This document shows positions 1 to 8,887 of a DNA stretch of 52,843 nt, one piece after another. The DNA is from a virus (Duplodnaviria; Caudoviricetes). The notes beneath the pieces were generated by a model, which did no database searches, was not told the DNA's origin, and was given only the letters and a program-made list of their open reading frames with translations. The DNA is taken from the IMG/VR virus record IMGVR_UViG_3300045789_000414, positions 1 to 52,843 of that record; one strand, written 5' to 3'. Within the stretch, counting starts at the first letter, position 1, and every line of letters starts with the position of its first letter. A program made the position numbers and the translations under genes.

Positions 1-69
1 CATACTCCCTATCAATAACACAGTTTTCTACATTCTCAGCAAACCATGTAATTTTGTGTGTGCAATCAC
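1..69. repeat. Terminal direct repeat (copy 1), identical to 52775-52843; circular assembly overlap
   Basis: Exact 69-bp identity CATACTCCCT...TGCAATCAC at both ends; an ORF reads through the junction. Confidence 0.95.
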
Positions 70-116
70 AATGCTTGTTAACTCTTAAGTGTTCCATCAA
101 TCTCTCCTGTTCGTTC

Positions 117-141
117 ACGCCTAACAAGGCTCATTAGATCG
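117..141 (+). other. attC remnant (R'' box and start of left arm)
   Basis: ACGCCTAAC-AAGGCTCA; ACGCCTAAC is the exact reverse complement of GTTAGGCGT at 52547-52555. Confidence 0.6.
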
Positions 142-372
142 GTATAGCCTATTTCCATCTAATATCCCGAATGGCATTTGACCGCCTGCTAAAAAACCTT
201 TTATAAGCATTACATCGTTTTCATTGATATGCAAAAAAGGCATACTGCTATTTTTAAACCTATTACTGCCCGTCTCTTCGCTAAGCCAGTCTATAAGCGG
301 CTGAAGTTCGTATCTACATATTTCGCAATGGTTACTATCATTACTTTCTATGTTGCAAATGTAGCAGTCCAT
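121..372 (-). CDS. Hypothetical protein with N-terminal CxxC...CxxC
   Basis: 83-aa ORF co-oriented with neighbours. Confidence 0.6.
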   Translation of the reverse strand: MDCYICNIESNDSNHCEICRYELQPLIDWLSEETGSNRFKNSSMPFLHINENDVMLIKGFLAGGQMPFGILDGNRLYRSNEPC

Positions 373-435
373 AAATAACCTTATAATTAATAACTAGATA
401 ATAACATATTTCAACAAAAGAGAAACATTTATTTA

Positions 436-783
436 CTATTTATTTTCCCACCATTGATTGTCACTGCTTATCATCTGATTCTCCCTGCTGTGCCAAGGGT
501 AATGAATGCCGGACTGCTTAATCATGTGAAGTTCAAATACTTGGTAAGCTTCTTGTATTTCTACTGTTGTTAGCTGTGAACTTGTCTTTCCGTACATGGC
601 TTTTGTTACTTCATCGAATAATAGCTTCATGTTTTCTTTTGTCCACAAGACTTTAAATCCGCGCTTATGAGCCTTTTCTATGAATACGTGGTAATCGAAT
701 CCGGCCTCATTTAACTCATTAGCGTAGCCGTCCAGTGTTGAGTGTAGGCTTTTATTCTGAAGCCTCGTTCTTTTCTCGCTCAT
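436..783 (-). CDS. NinB-like recombination accessory protein
   Basis: N-terminal RTRLQNKSLH and ...TSSQLTTVEI resemble NinB motifs. Confidence 0.55.
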   Translation of the reverse strand: MSEKRTRLQNKSLHSTLDGYANELNEAGFDYHVFIEKAHKRGFKVLWTKENMKLLFDEVTKAMYGKTSSQLTTVEIQEAYQVFELHMIKQSGIHYPWHSRENQMISSDNQWWENK

Positions 784-940
784 CGCCTATTTCTCAACCT
801 AGCTGCATTTTTACGCAAACGCTTTTGATCTGCTTTATTAACTCGCTGCTCATCATGCTTCCAGCCGCAGCTTGGTTTTTTAATCCCGACGTTAGTATCT
901 GAAAACATAGAAAATAAGCTCATTAGTAGTGTTTTTTTCT

Positions 941-1231
941 TCATTTCTTAGACCTAACCTTCATTAATAAATTAATCGCCTTGCGTAGCTTCTCATCACC
1001 TGTTCTATCTAGGTGAGCCTGTATCTCTTCGCGTGGATGCTTAAGCCATTTTTTAGCCTCTTTATCACGCTTTATACATTCAAGCTGATGCGCTCGCATC
1101 TCGTCTTTCTCTTGCTGGCTAAGTTGTGCAAAGCTCACGATAACCTCGCATGCTCTGGACAATACCAATTCTCTGACCCTTTTAAACTTCCTGTAACGCT
1201 CCCAGCCTTGTGACAATGATTCACAGCACAC
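941..1231 (-). CDS. Hypothetical protein (true start probably downstream, near 1138)
   Basis: ORF in the leftward operon overlapping the upstream gene. Confidence 0.5.
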   Translation of the reverse strand: MCCESLSQGWERYRKFKRVRELVLSRACEVIVSFAQLSQQEKDEMRAHQLECIKRDKEAKKWLKHPREEIQAHLDRTGDEKLRKAINLLMKVRSKK

Positions 1232-1689
1232 GTAGCCTCACTTCCTCTGTTTGGCGACCTTATCAGCCCTTTGCGCTTGTCCTGCGCTATTAACTGGTGA
1301 TGTCTTTCAAGAAGAATATCGTGGTCAGTAGCATTTTCGCCTAGTTGAGCCTTTGCCAGTTCTTCGATAACGTCAATAGCATGTGTCGGAGGTGGTAATG
1401 CTGCTTGCTTTTCAGCTTCTAGCCTTTCTGCGTTTTCTTTTTGTGCTTTTTTCCTATCACTATGAAGCTCCTTAAGGACATCGAGTATGTGCGATGGTGA
1501 TGGCTGCGACTTATACTTAGTAGTGTAAACGCCGAAAGCGTATTTTATTTCAGCTAAATCGAAACCTCTAAGCATCCTCCACCAAGCGCGTTTCTCTTCT
1601 TTATCGGGAAGGTCATCTTTTTTGACTTTAAGTAGTTTGAAGCTAGTATCTATTAATTCTTGAAATTCTGTTGAGTCGTTATCATTCAT
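1135..1689 (-). CDS. Putative replication protein (helicase loader/inhibitor, lambda P/G39P-like)
   Basis: WWRMLRGFDLAEIKYAF...PSPSHI pattern; downstream of the replication-initiator-like gene. Confidence 0.5.
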   Translation of the reverse strand: MNDNDSTEFQELIDTSFKLLKVKKDDLPDKEEKRAWWRMLRGFDLAEIKYAFGVYTTKYKSQPSPSHILDVLKELHSDRKKAQKENAERLEAEKQAALPPPTHAIDVIEELAKAQLGENATDHDILLERHHQLIAQDKRKGLIRSPNRGSEATCAVNHCHKAGSVTGSLKGSENWYCPEHARLS

Positions 1690-2413
1690 TGCTTTCCCCT
1701 ATCCTATTTCTAGCAATTTCAAAATATTCGCTGGATAACTCAATCCCGATAAATTTGCGGTTTAGGTTTTTGCAGGCTACACCTGTAGTTCCACTGCCCA
1801 TGAAAGGGTCTAGAACAACCTCTCCTACCAAACTAGAGTTACTAACATATAGCTCCATAAGCTCTATAGGTTTCTGTGTTGGGTGTTGTTTACCTCTAAT
1901 GTTGTCAAACTTATGACAGGTTTTACTGCCGCTATCAGTAATCGCCTTTGCTTTTCCTTTTCTAGCGAAAATTGTGTACTCCACATTCTTCATGTACCAA
2001 CGATTAGGTGTAGCAGTATTCTTCTCCCACACCAATAGATTATGTATCTCAAACCCTGCTGACCTAAGCTCCTTCATTAGCTTCTCAAGGTTCTTAAAGT
2101 TGACCATAAAATAAGCATGGCTTTCAGGTTTTAAAACTCTAAAACATTCAGGAAGCCAATCTGAGAAATTTGGTATAGTTTTCATCAACTGCTTGTTATC
2201 AGTTAGTATTCCTTTTGGCGAACCAACCCCTTTATTGCCTCCAGTTATGACATCATAAGGTGGGTCAGTTAATATCATCGAAATTGAATTGTCAGGAATA
2301 AACTTCATTGCATTTAAGCAGTCATCATTTATTAATGTATTTGGTTCAATCTCAAACCCTTCTGTTAAATCATCTTTATTTAATATAATCATCTTTGCTC
2401 TCTGTATCATCAT
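1682..2413 (-). CDS. Site-specific DNA methyltransferase, N6/N4 family (beta class)
   Basis: DPPY catalytic motif, HPTQKP, DPFMGSGTT SAM-binding motif. Confidence 0.92.
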   Translation of the reverse strand: MMIQRAKMIILNKDDLTEGFEIEPNTLINDDCLNAMKFIPDNSISMILTDPPYDVITGGNKGVGSPKGILTDNKQLMKTIPNFSDWLPECFRVLKPESHAYFMVNFKNLEKLMKELRSAGFEIHNLLVWEKNTATPNRWYMKNVEYTIFARKGKAKAITDSGSKTCHKFDNIRGKQHPTQKPIELMELYVSNSSLVGEVVLDPFMGSGTTGVACKNLNRKFIGIELSSEYFEIARNRIGESNE

Positions 2414-2768
2414 CAGTTAAAACCTCACTAACTGTAATTTCAGGCTTCATATCGAAACAACTAGGTTCGTTTAACTCATCGGCTGTTGCGTGTTGTGACA
2501 CTGTGTTTTCTGCGAAGTGCTCTAACTTCTCACCGCTCCTGCAAATAAGCTCAATATCATTAAAGGGTTTATTACGTGGATTAGCGCCCATCGACCAAGC
2601 ATCTTGACGGCATCCGTTAATAGCATCTTTTATATCGTCTATCTCATAACCTTCTTTCAATCTGTCTTTAATAGCCTTGCTTCGCTTAGGTGTTAGCTTG
2701 CATTTATTAGGGTTTTTGTCCATCGCCACAACCCAGTAATTGAATATGTATTGTATATCGTCTTTCAT
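2376..2768 (-). CDS. Phage replication initiator/replisome-organiser-like protein (likely start MKDDIQ at 2768)
   Basis: IFNYW...LTPKR..AIK.RLKEGY..DDIKDAI.GC..D.W motif typical of phage replication proteins; GGAG RBS before ATG 2768. Confidence 0.55.
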   Translation of the reverse strand: MKDDIQYIFNYWVVAMDKNPNKCKLTPKRSKAIKDRLKEGYEIDDIKDAINGCRQDAWSMGANPRNKPFNDIELICRSGEKLEHFAENTVSQHATADELNEPSCFDMKPEITVSEVLTDDDTESKDDYIK

Positions 2769-2890
2769 ATTAACTCCGTTAGTCAATCCGTATAAAAAAG
2801 CTGCGGCGTTGAGTACGGTTCTCAATGTTCGGTAATTATCCTAGCCGCAACTTAAAGTCTTGTTTATTCCGCTTATTGCTGCTGTTAGCT
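2768..2890 (+). other. Degenerate long attC-like site
   Basis: TATTAAC...TAGTCAATCCGTATAAA...TTTATTCCGCTTATTGCTGCT-GTTAGCT; right arm intact, left arm decayed. Confidence 0.55.
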
Positions 2891-3163
2891 GTCTTGAACT
2901 ACCCAGTTATTCTTTTCCATTGCGCTAGCTGCACAACCATGAAAAACGCCTCTCTGAAATTGTGCAATGTCTTGCGCTTTATACGCTCGATCACATACAT
3001 TGCAATCATCGTCATGGTATTTATTCAGCATTGTCATAAGCTCTTTTTCAGCATCTTCTAAATGATCTATGTATTTATACATAATCTGAATCTGATTTTT
3101 CATTGACTCAATTTCATATTCTTGCGAGTCTGTTTTATTTTCTAAGTTTTCAACATATTCCAT
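2885..3163 (-). CDS. Hypothetical coiled-coil protein carried in an attC cassette (2885-3252)
   Basis: 92-aa ORF; stop inside GTTAGCTGT, which matches ACAGCTAAC at 3199-3207. Confidence 0.7.
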   Translation of the reverse strand: MEYVENLENKTDSQEYEIESMKNQIQIMYKYIDHLEDAEKELMTMLNKYHDDDCNVCDRAYKAQDIAQFQRGVFHGCAASAMEKNNWVVQDS

Positions 3164-3200
3164 AGCATTTTTCCCATCTGGTGAAATTGGTTAATCAAAC

Positions 3201-3258
3201 AGCTAACAAAGCGCTCAATCGGACTGCGCAAGCTTGCAGCTTAGCGCAAAGGTTATGT
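3201..3258 (+). other. attC site (58 bp)
   Basis: AGCTAAC-AAAGCGCTCAATCGGACTGC...GCAGCTTAGCGCAAAG-GTTATGT; R''/R' boxes; L'' GCGCT(C)AA pairs with L' TTAGCGC leaving an extra base. Confidence 0.85.
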
Positions 3259-4008
3259 TGCACTAATTCTATCTTGTGCAATCTTAAAGTATTCTTCTAC
3301 CTTCTCAATTCCAACAAAATCCCTATTATTTATCTTTGCCATCTTTCCTGTAGTACCGCTTCCCATAAATGGGTCGAAGACTGTATCACCTTCGTTGCTC
3401 CAGCTTATAATATGATCGTGTGCTAGTTTTTCAGGGAAAATTGCTGGGTGGCCTGTCCCATTGCCACCTGTGCCATATCGCCATACATTTGATCGCCTAC
3501 TGTATTCGCCTGTAGTCAAGTATTTATCGCTTTTTACGTTTGCACCTTTGTTAATTACCTTATCTTTACGCTTTCTTGCCCCTGCTGTTTTGTTCTTGTG
3601 GTCTACAATAAAATTTAATGCTTTCGGCTTTCCTTTACTGAAAACAAACATATATTCAACTACATTGTAGTAACGGTCTTGCGTGGGTATTCTTGAGGCT
3701 TTCTCAAAGAACATCGTGTCATGCAAATTAAACCCACACTCCTTCGCCCATAACGCTTGACTGAATGACGTACCTGTCTCACTGCCTTTAATTGTTGCGT
3801 CACCAACCACCCAAACAACAACGCCACCTTGCTTTGTCACCCTATGTAGCTCTTTGATGACCACTTTCCAAACGTGCTCCCCCCACTGCTCATTGTTGCC
3901 GTTGTAGCTTCTGAGATTATCGTAAGGTGGCGAGGTTACTGTTAAATCAATACAGCCATCGTCCATTTCTGCCATAGCTTTCAGACAGTCATCGTTTATT
4001 AATTTCAA
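3253..4008 (-). CDS. Site-specific DNA methyltransferase, N4-cytosine/N6 family, in attC cassette (3253-4086)
   Basis: TSPPY, HPAIFP, DPFMGSGTT motifs. Confidence 0.92.
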   Translation of the reverse strand: MKLINDDCLKAMAEMDDGCIDLTVTSPPYDNLRSYNGNNEQWGEHVWKVVIKELHRVTKQGGVVVWVVGDATIKGSETGTSFSQALWAKECGFNLHDTMFFEKASRIPTQDRYYNVVEYMFVFSKGKPKALNFIVDHKNKTAGARKRKDKVINKGANVKSDKYLTTGEYSRRSNVWRYGTGGNGTGHPAIFPEKLAHDHIISWSNEGDTVFDPFMGSGTTGKMAKINNRDFVGIEKVEEYFKIAQDRISAT

Positions 4009-4036
4009 TTTATTCTCCTAGTTTTGTGAAGGCGCA

Positions 4037-4092
4037 ACATAACAAAGCAAGTCAGTCGGACGCTTTCAGCGCCGCTGCTCGCAAGGTTATTT
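4037..4092 (+). other. attC site (56 bp)
   Basis: ACATAAC-AAAGCAAGTCAGTCGGACGC-TTTCA-GCGCCGCTGCTCGCAAG-GTTATTT. Confidence 0.85.
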
Positions 4093-4281
4093 ATCTACAG
4101 GCAACATATCCCTACAAGTAACCTTGCCACTTGTAGCGTCCTCAATTCGTATGGCTAAGCATAGCCCAGCATTACGATTACCGCTTAAGATATTGCTGAG
4201 GTAGCTTGGCAATATCCCAATCTTTTTTGCAAAGTCTTTCTTAAGAATTTTGTTCTCTTTTAAATATTTTTCTAATGTCAT
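4087..4281 (-). CDS. Cro-like XRE helix-turn-helix regulator
   Basis: MTLEKYLK...FAKKIGI.PSYLSNILSG.R...LAIRIEDATSGKVT. Confidence 0.85.
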   Translation of the reverse strand: MTLEKYLKENKILKKDFAKKIGILPSYLSNILSGNRNAGLCLAIRIEDATSGKVTCRDMLPVDK

Positions 4282-4475
4282 TTCTATTTCTCTTTTTTAT
4301 TAAATTCATCACCACCAAATAAAAGCCAGCACCTATCACATAAGCCATCATGGTTAGCACTTGCGTCACGTTCACCGCACTCTTCACATACTGGGCCTTT
4401 AAGGGCTACTATAAGTAATATTGCTAAGAATATTAGTAAGTAATACATGTATTTTCTCCTGCTTTTAATTCATTG

Positions 4476-4500
4476 TTCCGCTTATTACTGCTGTTATACG
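4476..4500 (+). other. attC right-arm remnant (L'-R')
   Basis: TTCCGCTTATTACTGCT-GTTATACG, near-identical to 2867-2890. Confidence 0.6.
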
Positions 4501-4766
4501 CCAAGCCTTTCGAATACGTGGAATACCAATCCGTTGTGCATAAAACCTGTCCCCGTATATCTGAACTTAAATCCAATCTGTCTTGGTATCTCATGACCAG
4601 TTCCAAACGCGTAAAACGACCTAGTTCGTAACTGATTATTTGTATTTACTCTTGCCCATAAGCAAAGGCTTCCCCCTTTGAATGCGGCAGTGAGTACTTC
4701 TGCTAGCGCTGGCATGTTAATCTCTGGGTTACTTGGGTCTATAATATATTTATGTATAGTATCCAT
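4494..4766 (-). CDS. Conserved phage hypothetical protein in a decayed cassette
   Basis: TIHKY...LCLWA.V...GTGH...VFHVFE pattern common in phages; flanked by GTTATACG and CGTGTAAC (4786-4793). Confidence 0.75.
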   Translation of the reverse strand: MDTIHKYIIDPSNPEINMPALAEVLTAAFKGGSLCLWARVNTNNQLRTRSFYAFGTGHEIPRQIGFKFRYTGTGFMHNGLVFHVFERLGV

Positions 4767-4923
4767 CTTGCTTCTCCGCTTAATTCGTGTAACAAGTCAC
4801 CCAAATTGAGTGTTAATTCATAACTTAACGATACTTTAACCGATGATTAAACATTATGCAAGAGGTAAATGTAATAAATGTAAAAAAAGACCCAGCCAAA
4901 GAACCTTCACTTGAAACGTGGGG

Positions 4924-4952
4924 TTGACAATGACCGAGCCTTATTTTATACT
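4924..4952 (+). promoter_or_regulatory. Sigma70-type promoter
   Basis: TTGACA-17bp-TATACT. Confidence 0.75.
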
Positions 4953-5413
4953 GCCATCTAATCAGCGAGTTAGTAGCTCCTGATTAGTTAGTTGAAGGAC
5001 ACCAACTCCTAGCAACTAATTGAATATATTTTAATTCAATTCATCTTAAAAAGCAAACGTTGGTTTTTAGTCTCGGTGGAAGTGACGGTCGGCTGAAGTA
5101 AAAACGTGATAGACGGGTGTATTTAATCACAACGCTAAGAGTGACTTTAGTAGAGCGGGTATATTGGATTAATCCTTGCCTTAACTCAGATTAAAGGGCG
5201 TATCGGGCGTAATACTGAGCTGTTCACAGCGATACAAAGCGATACCAGTTAAGGAAGTGTCCTTGCCTTAGCCTGAATGATACCGATGCTGATTCGCGTT
5301 AGGTTGATTTTTAGAAGCTCATCTTTACTCATACTTTAATGGGTAAGGGTGAGTATTGCCTGAATTCCTCCTCGCCTCAAACGCTTAGGTTAATAACATA
5401 AGGAATAAGAACA

Positions 5414-5842
5414 ATGACAATGACTGGTAAAGAGTATCTTGCAAAGCACGATAAAAAAGTAAAGTCTAAACTAAGGGCTAAGCGAAGAAAGGCAAAGAAG
5501 AAAAAACAAAATTTTTCTATAGGCTCTTTTGAACAAAATCAAATAAATTCTTCAGCAAGTAAAATGAGGCGGTATTCACATAAAGACTTAAAGAAAAAGA
5601 ATTATAGCGCCTTTTACAGGTCAGACGAATGGCTAAGAATCAGGTATCTGGCATTAAAGAATACTGACGGAAGATGCTGCTGTTGTGGAATATCTGCTAA
5701 AGATGGAGCAATACTAAACGTTGACCATATTAAGCCGCGATCAAGATACCCTGAGTTAGAACTAGACCTTGATAATATGCAAATACTATGCCAGTTTTGT
5801 AACACAGGGAAGGGCGCTTGGGACTGTACCGACTGGCGTTAG
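5414..5842 (+). CDS. HNH endonuclease with basic N-terminal extension
   Basis: FYRSDEW..R...CCCCG...LNVDHIKP...DNMQILCQFCN.GKG. Confidence 0.9.
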   Translation: MTMTGKEYLAKHDKKVKSKLRAKRRKAKKKKQNFSIGSFEQNQINSSASKMRRYSHKDLKKKNYSAFYRSDEWLRIRYLALKNTDGRCCCCGISAKDGAILNVDHIKPRSRYPELELDLDNMQILCQFCNTGKGAWDCTDWR

Positions 5843-5922
5843 TAAATGATTGCTATTGCCTAAAATAATAGACAGCATAAAGAACTTTTCTAAATTAATT
5901 TACATTTATTTATCAATTGGTA

Positions 5923-5950
5923 TTGACAGTACGGTTATTCGTGCTAATAT
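5923..5950 (+). promoter_or_regulatory. Sigma70-type promoter
   Basis: TTGACA-16bp-TAATAT with extended -10 TG. Confidence 0.55.
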
Positions 5951-5982
5951 GAACTTACACAAACGGTAAAGGAATAAATAAA

Positions 5983-6618
5983 ATGATTGATTTAACAAAG
6001 TTTAAACTTGAAGAACTTCAGAAAAAAATTAAAAAGACTGTTGATGGTAAGGATGTGGAAATCTATACAGTACATAAAGACCAAAAGTACCCTATATTTG
6101 GCGCCTTTCTAATTGATGACGAATGGGTGCAGAATGATTGGAAGAGAAACGGTGAGTATATGGACTGCCCCGAAGACAATAGAAATAACCTAAACCTATC
6201 AGCCTTCACGACGGAAATAGACTATAACCAATTACCAGTTGATACGCTTATAGAAGTTGAGGGCATAGGCAAAAGATATACAGCAGGGATGACTCCATGT
6301 CATGGCGATCTAGTCTTTTTTTTCAGTGACGGGAGGGACAGTAATACAGAAATAGAATATACACGCGCCGAAAAAGAAACATGCAAGCTAATAACCAACC
6401 CTAGGAAAGGATGGTTTGGCGGCGAAATCGGTATTCCTGATGGGGTTAAATTGAGAGTATGGGAGGCTGAGATATTGTTTGGCGTATTATATTCTAATAC
6501 CCGCATCAAAATAATGGATGAGGATTTACGCAAAGGATTTAACAAATCAAGTGGGCATACAGGAATAACCAGCTATCAAATACTAGGTGAAGATTATCAA
6601 GAAGGAGATGAATTATGA
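5983..6618 (+). CDS. Hypothetical protein
   Basis: 211-aa ORF with AAGGA RBS. Confidence 0.75.
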   Translation: MIDLTKFKLEELQKKIKKTVDGKDVEIYTVHKDQKYPIFGAFLIDDEWVQNDWKRNGEYMDCPEDNRNNLNLSAFTTEIDYNQLPVDTLIEVEGIGKRYTAGMTPCHGDLVFFFSDGRDSNTEIEYTRAEKETCKLITNPRKGWFGGEIGIPDGVKLRVWEAEILFGVLYSNTRIKIMDEDLRKGFNKSSGHTGITSYQILGEDYQEGDEL

Positions 6619-6748
6619 TTGACCAAAGAAGAAACTGTGAAGAACGCGATAGACGAGAAAACCGCAAACTAAGAAACTCAATGATTGCTTTTTATTCAAT
6701 CCTTGGCGTTAGTATATTGGCTTTAACTCACACGATTTACGCAGCGCT

Positions 6749-7168
6749 ATGAATACATTTACTCAATCATTAGCAATCAATATCGGTAACTCAAGAACCG
6801 ATGCTAGTTTTGATTGCTATGTTTATCTCGATAGCTTCTGTGAAGATTTTAAAATGAATATTGGGGTTACGGTTAAGCTTGAGGTTGAGATGATTTTATA
6901 CGCTGATTCATCGCAGTACGAGACAAGCGACATTGAAATCAAAGAGGTTCGCTTAATCTTTGCTAACGACCAGCATGTTGACCTTACTTATGATGACTAT
7001 CAGTATAGGTCTATTGACTGCGATGAAATAAAAGAATACATATTATCTGAAGCAAGCACTGAAATAACTAAGGCATGGGCTGACGAAATTGAGGCCCAAG
7101 CAGAAGATGATGGAGACTACCGATATGAACTTCAAAAGCAGGAATTCTTGGATGAGGAAATGTTATGA
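6749..7168 (+). CDS. Acidic hypothetical protein
   Basis: 139-aa ORF in coupled operon; start uncertain. Confidence 0.65.
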   Translation: MNTFTQSLAINIGNSRTDASFDCYVYLDSFCEDFKMNIGVTVKLEVEMILYADSSQYETSDIEIKEVRLIFANDQHVDLTYDDYQYRSIDCDEIKEYILSEASTEITKAWADEIEAQAEDDGDYRYELQKQEFLDEEML

Positions 7169-7410
7169 ATAAAACAATAGAAATTTTAATTGACGAGCAG
7201 TACGGTGAAGAGATTTATGAGCTTACTTACTCGGTTAAAGGTGATGCCAGCGATGCTATAGAGACTCAAGCAATACAGATCATCATGTTAAAGGATAGCC
7301 AAGGCCACGATATAACAAGCGATGTTTCCAATCCGTTTTTAGAAGATGATGAATTTAGACGTGTTTGCATAGAGAAAGCCCTAGAATATGAAGAAGGTGA
7401 AATATTATGA
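7165..7410 (+). CDS. Acidic hypothetical protein
   Basis: ATGA overlaps on both sides. Confidence 0.7.
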   Translation: MNKTIEILIDEQYGEEIYELTYSVKGDASDAIETQAIQIIMLKDSQGHDITSDVSNPFLEDDEFRRVCIEKALEYEEGEIL

Positions 7411-8492
7411 GCAGGAATATTGCAGAATATATCGAAGATACCAAGGAAAGGTTTAACGAGATAGCACCTAACGGTATAAAGTATTCTTCTGAAAAAGGAT
7501 TCGCCATACAGTTATTAAAAGCTAATGAATATCTAATGGGCGTTGCAATAAAAAACCCGCAGTCATTACAGCAAGCAATAACAAACGTGGCTGCTATTGG
7601 TCTTTCTTTAAACCCTGCTGAGAAACTTGCTTACCTAATCCCTCGAAATGTTAAGGTCGGGAAGAGCTGGGAAAGTCGCGTCTATCTTGAGCCTTCTTAT
7701 ATGGGTTTAATAAGACTAGCAACTAACTCAGGCGGGATTGCTTGGATTCAGGCCGCCGTTGTTAAGCAGAATGACTCCTTTAAGGACGTAGGTATGGGGC
7801 AAGCGCCACTACATGAATATGAGGCTTTCGGTGATCGCGGTGATGTGGTTGGAGTATATGCTGTGGCCAAGACAAAAGACGGTGATTATCTAACAGAAAT
7901 AATGACGTTAGAAGAGGTCCATAAAATAAGGGATAGATCAGAAAGTTATAAAAAATACCAATCTGGCACTTGGGTAACTGACTTTATAGAAATGGCTAAG
8001 AAGGCCGTCATAAGACGATTATTCAAAACCCTACCATTGACCGATGAGAACGCAAGAATGGCTCATGCCATCGACCTGTCGAACGCTAACGCGGATATAG
8101 AGCAGATTGCTACATCGCCAAATGTCGGCAGCATATCAGTAGAACAAAAAAAGTTCTTTGATGAACTGATTGAAAAAGGTGACGCTTTCGGCATGACTGT
8201 CTTAATGAAGGGGCTTGATGAAAGAGAGTTTTCAAACTTGTATCATTCTTTCGAAAAAGGCACCAAGGGGAAGTATCAGAAGATAGTTGATGATCTAACA
8301 AAACGCGGCTCTAGCATCTTGGCTGATTATGTAACACAGTTCTCTGATATGTTAGAAGCTAACGACACTGACGGCGCTGGTGAGTTATTGGATGGAATGA
8401 ATAAAGAAGAGATTAACGTTATCTTGGATTCTTGCTCAACTGAGTGCTGTGCTTTTATTAATGAAGTTATTGAAAATGGTAGCGAGCTATGA
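7407..8492 (+). CDS. recT: RecT-family single-strand annealing recombinase
   Basis: AAIGLSLNP...AYLIP, SYMGLI.LA, W.TDF.EMAKKAVIRRLFKTLP. Confidence 0.88.
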   Translation: MSRNIAEYIEDTKERFNEIAPNGIKYSSEKGFAIQLLKANEYLMGVAIKNPQSLQQAITNVAAIGLSLNPAEKLAYLIPRNVKVGKSWESRVYLEPSYMGLIRLATNSGGIAWIQAAVVKQNDSFKDVGMGQAPLHEYEAFGDRGDVVGVYAVAKTKDGDYLTEIMTLEEVHKIRDRSESYKKYQSGTWVTDFIEMAKKAVIRRLFKTLPLTDENARMAHAIDLSNANADIEQIATSPNVGSISVEQKKFFDELIEKGDAFGMTVLMKGLDEREFSNLYHSFEKGTKGKYQKIVDDLTKRGSSILADYVTQFSDMLEANDTDGAGELLDGMNKEEINVILDSCSTECCAFINEVIENGSEL

Positions 8493-8887
8493 AAGAGAAT
8501 GAATGTCAATGGTGCGGAGGCCCCAAAACAATTAGAGAAGATGAAAGACCCTGTATATTTAGGATAAGGAAAACGTGTAGTCGTGAATGCAGAACTGCTT
8601 TAACAAATCACACAATGGCTAAGAAGAGAGCAGCCAATAAAATTGTAAAAAGAGTTGATATAAAGCCGCGAAGATGCCCAGAATGTGATAAACTATTTAG
8701 CATAAGAAAAAACGAAAGGGCCGATAGTTTTAAAAAATTGAAACGGTGCCCAGCTTGCACCGAAGAAAGAAACTCTACCAAGCCGTATAAATTGGAAGAA
8801 GTTCTATCAGTTTTAAAGAAGCGAGATAGGATGATGCAAATTGCAGTGCTTAGCCCGAAGATTGGGTTAATGCAATACATGAAATAA
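8489..8887 (+). CDS. Cys-rich zinc-finger protein
   Basis: CxxC...CSRxC and CxxC...CxxC repeats. Confidence 0.7.
   Translation: MKENECQWCGGPKTIREDERPCIFRIRKTCSRECRTALTNHTMAKKRAANKIVKRVDIKPRRCPECDKLFSIRKNERADSFKKLKRCPACTEERNSTKPYKLEEVLSVLKKRDRMMQIAVLSPKIGLMQYMK

Noticed and set aside
1-69. Terminal repeat as a biological DTR
   Set aside because: It falls inside an ORF that reads through the junction, so it is most simply an assembler overlap of a circular or permuted genome.
3181-3426. ORF-track entries overlapping attC sites (3181-3426, 8893-9081, 9106-9369, 10884-11075) and the 9251 extension of the SSB-like gene
   Set aside because: Shadow frames translating attC sequence or antisense to well-supported genes.
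4800-5410. tRNA or attI/Pc integron platform
   Set aside because: No cloverleaf with T-loop/CCA recognised, and no adjacent intI to define an attI site.
5414-5842. IscB/IshB-type OMEGA nuclease
   Set aside because: No PLMP N-terminus or RuvC motifs and no IS200/605 ends around it; kept only as HNH plus candidate leader RNA.
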